Shown one piece after another: positions 1 to 7,614 of a stretch of DNA of 9,321 nucleotides (the stretch's first letter is position 1; the number at the start of each line of letters is the position of its first letter). The DNA is taken from positions 1 to 9,321 of the forward strand of contig NW_021827905.1 in NCBI RefSeq assembly GCF_006345805.1. The letters run 5' to 3'. The notes below the pieces were generated by a model. That model was given only the letters and a program-made list of their open reading frames with translations, was not told the origin of the DNA and did no database searches. This DNA is from Octopus sinensis (taxonomy: Eukaryota). The position numbers and the translations under genes were made by a program.

Positions 1-59
1 TGAAAAACAAAATATAAAAAAAAGAGAAAGAGAGAGGAGAGGGTTGGGCTCGTAGAATT

Positions 60-235
60 GTTTGTACTGCTTTGCGCTTTTTGTCCCGGCTCTTCGTGTT
101 GCATGTTCAAATCCGGCCAAAGACAACTTCGGTTTTCGTCCTGTCGTTGATAAAATAAAATACCAGTCGAATATCGAAGTAGATGTAGTCGTCACACACT
201 TCCTACAAATTGCTGGTCTTGTGTCTTAAAGAGAA
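60..235 (+). mobile_element. Degenerate tRNA-derived SINE (Octopus-type family, copy 1)
   Basis: Pol III B-box-like GTTCAAATCC at 105-114, then the core GATAAAATAAAATACCAGTCGA...GATGTAGTCG and tail AAATTGCTGGTCTTGTG. It aligns by eye with the copies at 615-828 and 1357-1549. Ends are approximate and the family name is from recall. Confidence 0.65.
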
Positions 236-249
236 AATAGTTGATAGTG

Positions 250-560
250 GATCTCCGTCGTTGGACAATGAGGATTCAGTTGTTTGATCAACTGAATAAC
301 TTACGCGCGGATTAACACGCAAATAGCTGTATATTCCTCAGAGATGCAAGTTACCTTTAACGTAATTCTCACGGAGAATTCGTATGATGGAACCATTCAA
401 ATTACGGGTAAAAGCTTCTGCTCAGTTCCCCATAAGCTCAATTTTGTTCACAAGGTATGGGCAAACTCGAAGCTATAGAAAATGACATTTACTCAACATG
501 CCACGCAGTTGGATCGAAACTTGGACCTCGTTGTTGAGGAATGCACAACTTAACCATTCA
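250..560 (-). mobile_element. Highly degenerate tRNA-derived SINE of a second family
   Basis: The minus strand has B-box-like GTTTCGATCC (plus 511-520), then ACTGCGTGGCATGTTGAGTAAATGTCATTTTCTATAGC, and ends in CAACTGAATCCTCATTGTCCAACGACGGAG. This resembles a common Octopus SINE as recalled; there is no second copy in the window to confirm it. Confidence 0.5.
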
Positions 561-614
561 GCTATACTTCACCAATGAGAAATTATTGTTAGGTTATATA
601 ATGTATATTGGAGA

Positions 615-828
615 TGCAAGACGGTGAACTGCCACAATCGGTAGAACTCTGGGTAAAGTGTTTAGCGCATTTCGTCCGTCTTTAGGCTGAGTTCAAATTC
701 CGAGGTTGAGTTTGATTTTCATTATTTCGAGATCGACAAAATAAGTACCAGTTGAACACTAGCGTCGATGTAATCGACTTAACTCCAGCCCCACGGAATT
801 GCTGGCCTTGTGCCAAACATTTGGCACC
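615..828 (+). mobile_element. tRNA-derived SINE, near full length, degenerate (copy 2)
   Basis: A-box-like TGCCACAATCGG (~630-641), B-box GTTCAAATTCC (691-701), core GACAAAATAAGTACCAGTTGAACACTAGCGTCGATGTAATCGAC, tail GAATTGCTGGCCTTGTGCC. Clearly homologous to 1357-1549 on the minus strand. Confidence 0.8.
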
Positions 829-961
829 AATATGTATTTGAGATGAACTTACCTGGCAAGCGATTTGATCTGAGACCATCTGTTGAAGCAAAATAGAATT
901 ACAGCATGGAAGACATATATTTGCCATTCAAAACCACACAAAAATCTGTTTATTTCACATA

Positions 962-1186
962 GAGGTCAAGCCTGCGGTAGTTGAGACCTCCGGCGTTCTT
1001 GGCCCCGGACCATATCCCTGTTCACCGTTATCAGGACGGAGATTCTTATCTGCAAGTGCGAACCCTGTGAGTCGGAGTGACTGTACCAGTGCATCTCCCT
1101 CGCTATCCTCCGAGGCAACGCCTTTTACATTTTCTCTTTTGGTTGCCATGAGAAATGTTTCTATAATGTGAGAGGCAAGATTCTCC
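962..1186 (+). pseudogene. Relic C-terminal restriction-like endonuclease (REL) region of a CRE-like non-LTR retrotransposon; one frameshift and one stop
   Basis: The frame from 971 reads PAVVETSGVLGPG. After a 1-nt shift at ~1009 it reads TISLFTVIRTEILICKCEPCESE*LYQCISLAILRGNAFYIF. This matches the recalled REL C-terminal signature P.A.ET.G..GP...(W)LFQRIS.AI.RGNA. The TGA at 1078-1080 sits where W is expected. Confidence 0.7.
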
Positions 1187-1356
1187 GTTAATCCTTATAT
1201 TTGTACTTAAATTATTTCCGTCGTAAGAGTACTATCTTACCCATGATAGTATGATCAAAAACCTAACACACTTAATTATAAGTGTCAAGATGTTCATCAC
1301 TTCAACTACGACCTGGTCACTGACACTGCTCCACCATGTAACACGTTAAGTAATAA

Positions 1357-1549
1357 TGATTTAAAGGTCATTAATTTCGGGAAGGGTGTAAATCGGTTAT
1401 ATGGACCCCAGTGTTCAACTGGTATCAATTTTATCGATCCTGAAAGGCAGAGTCGGTTTCGGCGGAATTTGAACTCAGAATGTAAAGATGGCCAAAGCGC
1501 CGCTAAGCATTTCGCTTGGGGCACAAACAGTTCTGCCAGCTCGCTGCCT
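1357..1549 (-). mobile_element. tRNA-derived SINE, near full length (copy 3)
   Basis: The minus strand reads AGGCAGCGAGCTGGCAGAACTG (A-box-like)...CTGAGTTCAAATTCCGCC (B-box, plus 1464-1474)...GATAAAATTGATACCAGTTGAACACTGGGGTC. Same family as 615-828. Confidence 0.85.
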
Positions 1550-1754
1550 TATATAATGTTTTTACATGAGGTTATATTGAGAGAAATGGTGTTTGTTTCG
1601 TCAACATTTTATATTTTTAGATTGGCCATGGCAAGATTTTTTACATTTATAGTACGGAAGTAGACAATAATAGCTTGAATTTATAATTGTTTATAATAGC
1701 TTGTTTGTATTTAAGCGTACACGTACGTCTATACATGTGTGCTTGTGAGGATGC

Positions 1755-1756
<2 letters not shown>

Positions 1757-1796
<40 letters not shown>
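1757..1796. repeat. (GT)20 microsatellite, followed by degenerate (TA) repeats to ~1848
   Basis: Direct reading. Confidence 0.97.
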
Positions 1797-1797
<1 letters not shown>

Positions 1798-1848
1798 TGT
1801 ATAAATATATACATATATACGTATATATGCATGCGTATATATATATAT

Positions 1849-2000
1849 CTCCTTGTTTTTTTCTGTGTATCTTTCTGTCGAAGAGCGTAGGCTCGAAACG
1901 TAAAAGACTTTTCTATTTCTATTCCTGAGCGCTATACTAATGCATTGTTTGTTTGTACTCCTCCACTGCCTTCGTCTTTTGTTTATTTTCGTAAACTTTC

Positions 2001-2003
<3 letters not shown>
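1849..2003 (+). mobile_element. Short hammerhead-bearing interspersed element (family B, copy a), probable PLE pLTR remnant
   Basis: ~155 bp between two (TA)n tracts, homologous to the reverse complement of 7978-8130, and containing a minimal HHR-like motif. Confidence 0.7.
1870..1907 (+). ncRNA. Minimal type I hammerhead-like ribozyme, variant core CUGUCGA
   Basis: UCUUU-CUGUCGA-A-GAGC[GUAG]GCUC-GAA-ACGU-A^AAAGA. Stem I 5 bp, stem II 4 bp, self-complementary ACGU stem III, GUA triplet. Predicted cleavage at 1902/1903. Confidence 0.6.

Positions 2004-2053
<50 letters not shown>
2004..2053. repeat. (TA)25 microsatellite
   Basis: Direct reading; abuts the left end of the array. Confidence 0.97.
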
Positions 2054-2054
<1 letters not shown>

Positions 2055-2313
2055 CAATTAAGGACAACTACTTAATAAGGAAACTTAACAAGAAATTGTC
2101 AGGTAGATAGCGTAAAAACCTCATAAGAGAAAAAATTTCGAAAAATTATTTCTTATTGAACATATTAATTTATATATAGAAGGCATTACATACATGCCAG
2201 GAGGCATTCTACATACACGCCATACGCTAAGAGGGACAATCAGTCATTTCTACCAAAAATATTACTAATCCACCGAATGCAATTTTTCAAAGAAAGACAT
2301 TTCAAAATATATA

Positions 2314-2359
2314 GACCTGTATCACAGTGATTTCATACTTACGTAATCATCAGCAGGCC
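2314..2359 (-). ncRNA. Minimal type I hammerhead ribozyme, array copy 1
   Basis: Minus strand GGCCUG-CUGAUGA-U-UAC[GUAA]GUA-U-GAA-AUCAC[U]GUGAU-A^CAGGUC. Canonical CUGAUGA and GAAA core, stem I GGCCUG/CAGGUC, AUA triplet. Predicted cleavage between plus 2320 and 2319. Confidence 0.85.
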
Positions 2360-2785
2360 TGAATATACTATAAATATACACGACCCTGCTTCGCTTAAGC
2401 CGATCAGCTAACTGATCAACATCAACGAAGCACATGGGTTGGTTATATATACTATATCCGGATGAATGGCAAACTTTTACGAATTGCATTTCGGGAGAGG
2501 AAAAGATTTTTCGGAATAAAAATTTAGCAATTAAGGACACTCTAATAATAAAAACTTAACAAGAATTGTCAGGTATATAGCGTAAAAACCTCATAACAGA
2601 AAAAATTTCGAAAATAATTATTTCTTATTGAACATATTAATTTATATATAGAGGGCATTATACATACATGCCAGAGGCATTCACATACACGCCATACGCT
2701 AAGAGGGACAATCAGTCATTTCTACCAAAAATATTACTAATCCCACCGAATGCAATTTTTCAAAGAAAGACATTTAAAATATATA

Positions 2786-2831
2786 GACCTGTATCACAGT
2801 GATTTCATACTTACGTAATCATCAGCAGGCC
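2786..2831 (-). ncRNA. Hammerhead ribozyme, array copy 2
   Basis: 46-nt motif identical to copy 1. Confidence 0.85.
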
Positions 2832-3262
2832 TGAATATACTATAAATAACCACGACCCCTTCTTCGCTTAAGCCGATCACTAACTGATCAACATCAACGA
2901 AGCACATGGGTTGGTTTATATATACTATATCCGGATGAATGGCAAACTTTTACGAATTGCATTTCGGGAGAGGAAAAGTTTTTTCGGAATAAAAATTTAG
3001 CAATTAAGGACAACTACTTAATAGGAAACTTAACAAGAAATGTGTCAGGTAGATAGCGTAAAAAACCTCATAAGAGAAAAAATTTCGAAAATAATTATTC
3101 TTATTGAACATATTAATTTATATATAGAGGGCATTATACATACATGCCAGGAGGCATTCTACATACACGCCATACGCTAAGAGGGACAATCAGTCATTTC
3201 TACCAAAAATATTACTAATCCCACCGAATGCAATTTTCAAAGAAGACATTTAAAAATATATA

Positions 3263-3308
3263 GACCTGTATCACAGTGATTTCATACTTACGTAATCATC
3301 AGCAGGCC
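3263..3308 (-). ncRNA. Hammerhead ribozyme, array copy 3
   Basis: 46-nt motif identical to copy 1. Confidence 0.85.
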
Positions 3309-3739
3309 TGAATATACTATAAATAACAACGACCCTGCTTCGCTTAAGCCGATCAGCTAACTGATCAACATCAACGAAGCACATGGGTTGGTTTATATAT
3401 ACTATATCCGGATGAATGGCAAACTTTTACGAATTGCATTTCGGGAGAGGAAAAGTTTTTTCGGAATAAAAATTTAGCAATTAAGGACAACTACTTAATA
3501 AGGAAAACTTAACAAGAAATTGTCAGGTAGATAGCGTAAAAACCTCATAAGAGAAAAATTTCGAAAATAATTATTTCTTATTGAACATATTAATTTATAT
3601 ATAGAGGGCATTATACATACATGCCAGGAGGCATTCTACATACACGCCATACGCTAAGAGGGACAATCAGTCATTTCTACCAAAAATATTACTAATCCCA
3701 CCGAATGCAATTTTTCAAAGAAAGACATTTAAAAATATA

Positions 3740-3785
3740 GACCTGTATCACAGTGATTTCATACTTACGTAATCATCAGCAGGCC
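3740..3785 (-). ncRNA. Hammerhead ribozyme, array copy 4
   Basis: 46-nt motif identical to copy 1. Confidence 0.85.
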
Positions 3786-4215
3786 TGAATATACTATAAA
3801 TAAACAACGACCCTGCTTCGCTTAGCCGATCAGCTAACTGATCAACATCAACGAAGCACATGGGTTGGTTTATTATACTATATCCGGATGAATGGCAAAC
3901 TTTTACGAATTGCATTTCGGGAGAGGAAAAGTTTTTTTCGGATAAAATTTAGCAATTAAGGACAACTACTTAATAAGGAAAACTTAACAAGAAATTGTCA
4001 GGTAGATAGCGTAAAAACCTCATAAGAGAAAAATTTCGAAAATAATTATTTCTTATTGAACATATTAATTTATATATAGAGGGCATTATACATACATGCC
4101 AGGAGGCATTCTACATACACGCCATACGCTAAGAGGGACAATCAGTCATTTCTACCAAAAATATTACTAATCCCACCGAATGCAATTTTTCAAAGAAAGA
4201 CATTTAAAATATATA

Positions 4216-4261
4216 GACCTGTATCACAGTGATTTCATACTTACGTAATCATCAGCAGGCC
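4216..4261 (-). ncRNA. Hammerhead ribozyme, array copy 5
   Basis: 46-nt motif identical to copy 1. Confidence 0.85.
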
Positions 4262-4695
4262 TGAATATACTATAAATAAACAACGACCCTGCTTCGCTTT
4301 TAGCCGATCAGCTAACTGATCAACATCAACGAAGCACATGGGTTGAGTTTATATATACTATATCCGGATGAATGGCAAACTTTTACGAATTGCATTTCGG
4401 GAGAGGAAAAGATTTTTCGGAATAAAAATTTAGCAATTAAGGACAACTACTTAATAAGGAAAACTTAACAAGAAATTGTCAGGTAGATAGCGTAAAAACC
4501 TCATAAGAGAAAAAATTTCGAAAATAATTATTTCTTATTGAACATATTAATTTATATATAGGGCATTATACATACATGCCAGGAGGCATTCTACATACAC
4601 GCCATACGCTAAGAGGGACAATCAGTCATTTCTACCAAAAATATTACTAATCCCACCGAATGCAATTTTTCAAAGAAAGACATTTAAAATATATA

Positions 4696-4741
4696 GACCT
4701 GTATCACAGTGATTTCATACTTACGTAATCATCAGCAGGCC
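4696..4741 (-). ncRNA. Hammerhead ribozyme, array copy 6
   Basis: 46-nt motif identical to copy 1. Confidence 0.85.
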
Positions 4742-5172
4742 TGAATATACTATAAATAACAACGACCCTGCTTCGCTTAAGCCGATCAGCTAACTGATCA
4801 ACATCAACGAAGCACATGGGTGGTTTATATATACTATATCCGGATGAATGGCAACTTTTACGAATTGCATTTCGGGAGAGGAAAATTTTTTTCGGAATAA
4901 AAATTTAGCAATTAAGGACAACTACTTAATAAGGAAAACTTAACAAGAAATTGTCAGGTAGATAGCGTAAAAACCTCATAAGAGAAAAATTTCGAAAATA
5001 ATTATTTCTTATTGAACATATTAATTTATATATAGAGGGCATTATACATACATGCCAGGAGGCATTCTACATACACGCCATACGCTAAGAGGGACAATCA
5101 GTCATTTCTACCAAAAATATTACTAATCCCACCGAATGCAATTTTTCAAAGAAAGACATTTAAAAATATATA

Positions 5173-5218
5173 GACCTGTATCACAGTGATTTCATACTTA
5201 CGTAATCATCAGCAGGCC
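5173..5218 (-). ncRNA. Hammerhead ribozyme, array copy 7
   Basis: 46-nt motif identical to copy 1. Confidence 0.85.
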
Positions 5219-5646
5219 TGAATATACTAAAATAAACAACGACCCTGCTTCGCTTAAGCCGATCAGCTAACTGATCAACATCAACGAAGCACATGGGTTG
5301 GTTTATATACTATATCCGGATGAATGGCAAACTTTTACGAATTGCATTTCGGGAGAGGAAAAGTTTTTTCGGAATAAAAATTTAGCAATTAAGGACAACT
5401 ACTTAATAAGGAAAACTTAACAAGAAATTGTCAGGTAGATAGCGTAAAAACCTCATAAGAGAAAAAATTTCGAAAATATTATTTCTTATTGAACATATTA
5501 ATTTATATATAGAGGGCATTATACATACATGCAGGAGGCATTCTACATACACGCCATACGCTAAGAGGGACAATCAGTCATTTCTACCAAAAATATTACT
5601 AATCCCACCGAATGCAATTTTTCAAAGAAAGACATTTAAAATAATA

Positions 5647-5692
5647 GACCTGTATCACAGTGATTTCATACTTACGTAATCATCAGCAGGCC
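5647..5692 (-). ncRNA. Hammerhead ribozyme, array copy 8
   Basis: 46-nt motif identical to copy 1. Confidence 0.85.
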
Positions 5693-6117
5693 TGAATATA
5701 CTATAAATAAACAACGACCCTGCTTCGCTTAAGCCGATCAGCTAACTGATCAACATCAACGAAGCACATGGGTGGTTTATATATACTATATCCGGATGAA
5801 TGGCAAACTTTACGAATTGCATTTCGGGAGAGGAAAAGTTTTTCGGAATAAAAATTTAGCAATTAAGGACAACTACTTAATAAGGAAAACTTAACAAGAA
5901 ATTGTCAGGTAGATAGCGTAAAAACCTCATAAGAGAAAAAATTTCGAAAATAATTATTTCTTATTGAACATATTAATTTATATATAGAGGGCATTATACA
6001 TACATGCCAGGAGGCATTCTACATACACGCCATACGCTAAGAGGACAATCAGTCATTTCTACCAAAATTATAATCCCACCGAATGCAATTTTTCAAAGAA
6101 AGACATTTAAAAATATA

Positions 6118-6163
6118 GACCTGTATCACAGTGATTTCATACTTACGTAATCATCAGCAGGCC
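6118..6163 (-). ncRNA. Hammerhead ribozyme, array copy 9
   Basis: 46-nt motif identical to copy 1. Confidence 0.85.
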
Positions 6164-6602
6164 TGAATATACTATAAATAAACAACGACCCTGCTTCGCT
6201 TAAGCCGATCAGCTAACTGATCAACATCAACGAAGCACATGGGTTGGTTTATATATACTATATCCGGATGATGGCAAACTTTTACGAATTGCATTTCGGG
6301 AGAGGAAAAGTTTTTTCGGAATAAAAATTTAGCAATTAGGACAACTACTTAATAAGGAAAACTTAACAGAAATTGTCAGGTAGATAGCGTAAAAACCTCA
6401 TAAGAGAAAAATTTCGAAAAAATTATTTCTTATTGAACATATTAATTTATATATAGAGGGCATTATACATACATGCCAGGAGGCATTCTACATACACGCC
6501 ATACGCTAAGAGGGACAATCAGTCATTCTTCTACCAAAAATATTACTAATCCCACCGAATGCAATTTTTCAAAGAAAGACATTAAAAATATAGACCTGTA
6601 TC

Positions 6603-6757
6603 GAAATCACTGTGATACAGGTCTATATATTTTAAATGTCTTTCTTTGAAAAATTGCATTCGGTGGGATTAGTAATATTTTTGGTAGAAATGACTGATTG
6701 TCCCTCTTAGCGTATGGCGTGTATGTAGAATGCCTCCTGGCATGTATGTATAATGCC

Positions 6758-6768
<11 letters not shown>
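6603..6768 (+). mobile_element. Inverted partial copy of the array unit, starting at the GAAA of the hammerhead and ending in (TA)n
   Basis: GAAATCACTGTGATACAGGTC...TAATGCCCTCTATATATA is the reverse complement of the unit. 6614-6768 pairs with 6448-6602. Confidence 0.93.

Positions 6769-6792
<24 letters not shown>
6761..6792. repeat. (TA)16 microsatellite
   Basis: Direct reading. Confidence 0.97.
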
Positions 6793-6796
<4 letters not shown>

Positions 6797-6892
6797 AATG
6801 TAATATTGACAATTATTCGGTAGCCATGATAAAACTCCGAGTTTCGGAGTTTTATCATGGTTACCGAATAATTGTCATATATTACATTTACA
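6793..6892. repeat. Near-perfect ~100-bp palindrome (arms ~48 bp, loop GTT at 6841-6843)
   Basis: GTAAATGTAATATTGACAATTATTCGGTAGCCATGATAAAACTCCGA / TCGGAGTTTTATCATGGTTACCGAATAATTGTCATATATTACATTTAC, with one substitution (G-T) and one 1-nt insertion. Confidence 0.92.
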
Positions 6893-6960
6893 GATAAATT
6901 CCTCTATTTACATAATATCGAGGTCTCTTTCATTCTTTTGTTGTCTTACCATTTTCATCA

Positions 6961-7065
6961 ATATATATATACACACATACTCATACACACATATAATATA
7001 TATACATAAACGCACATATACAAGACAGACAGACTACACATACGCACACACACGCGTGCGCATAT
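6961..7065. repeat. Compound degenerate (TA)/(CA)/(CAGA) low-complexity tract
   Basis: Direct reading. Confidence 0.85.
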
Positions 7066-7505
7066 AGTCAGTGTATGCCTGTGTATCTTTATGTGTATGC
7101 ATGTTTTCCTCAATAACCTATTAGCCAATATGTTTATTGAGGAGGATTTGGCTGCTATTTCCGGCGAACCGAGGGAGCACTTCAGACCCTCACTCATTTG
7201 CTCATACATTTATTATTTATTGGCTGGCTGCCGTGGCGTCCAGCTGCCTGGATGACTGGCTAGAAAATGAAGAGGGCATGAAGGGGATTTGTTACATCAC
7301 GGGAGGTAAACAGGGAAGGGGAAGCGTTGGGAGAGTTTGCGCAGGGTACACAGAACTGGGTCCCTAGTGATAAATTTACAATTTTAATGGTGCCAAATGA
7401 ATTTAGCTACACTTAAAAGAACTTGATTTAAAACACGCTACAAGAGTTCATAGCACTTAGAAGATGGTTTGAGTAACGCTTGAAGCTAATTAACTCTCTA
7501 CTTCA

Positions 7506-7506
7506 T

Positions 7507-7555
<49 letters not shown>

Positions 7556-7560
7556 TATAC
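7506..7560. repeat. (TACA)n/(TA)n microsatellite
   Basis: Direct reading. Confidence 0.9.
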
Positions 7561-7614
7561 TACAGAGATACCCCAGCGTACTCTCGGTTAAAATGTCTTA
7601 GTTTTTTTTATTGT

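Larger units (their letters stand above)
2054..6602 (-). mobile_element. Tandem array of ~9.6 x ~477-bp hammerhead-containing units (retrozyme / non-autonomous PLE-type); strand given is the ribozyme sense
   Basis: The unit start GCAATTAAGGAC recurs at 2054, 2527, 3000, 3477, 3952, 4433, 4908, 5385, 5859 and 6332 (AGG variant), with periods of 473-481 bp. The last copy is truncated at 6602. Copies differ mostly by homopolymer indels. The repeat is certain; the retrozyme/PLE class is inferred from the HHR. Confidence 0.88.

Noticed and set aside
955-1149. Minus-strand 64-aa ORF (MATKRENV...) with a plausible upstream acceptor
   Set aside because: It is the antisense of the LINE REL relic, which explains its higher GC and open frame; no recognisable domain.
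1647-2067. ORFs rich in YI/HT/CV (also 6958-7209, 7480-8173)
   Set aside because: Translations of microsatellites and SINE sequence.
2405-2490. Plus-strand hammerhead-like words CTGATCA...GAAG and CGGATGA...GAAT
   Set aside because: Cores are non-canonical, GAAA is absent and stems do not form in register.
2322-2540. 72-aa minus-strand ORF running into the hammerhead
   Set aside because: Called in only one array junction, depends on indel variants, uses a non-ATG start, and has no RT or GIY-YIG similarity that I can see.
2054-6602. CRISPR array or rDNA spacer interpretation
   Set aside because: No unique spacers, the unit is far too long, the context is eukaryotic and there is no rRNA sequence.
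6593-6623. Reconstituted plus-strand hammerhead at the inversion junction
   Set aside because: GACCTG/CAGGTC and GAAA-stem III are present, but CUGAUGA and stem II are missing.
6800-6850. TTGACAA...GAAAC in the palindrome as another U3-A8 hammerhead
   Set aside because: Stem II does not close adjacent to GAAA and there is no independent stem I or NUH site.
7110-7370. GAGGATTTGGCTGCTATTTC repeat-like fragment and 76-aa ORF
   Set aside because: Only a short recalled similarity to an Octopus repeat; boundaries and coding potential are unsupported.
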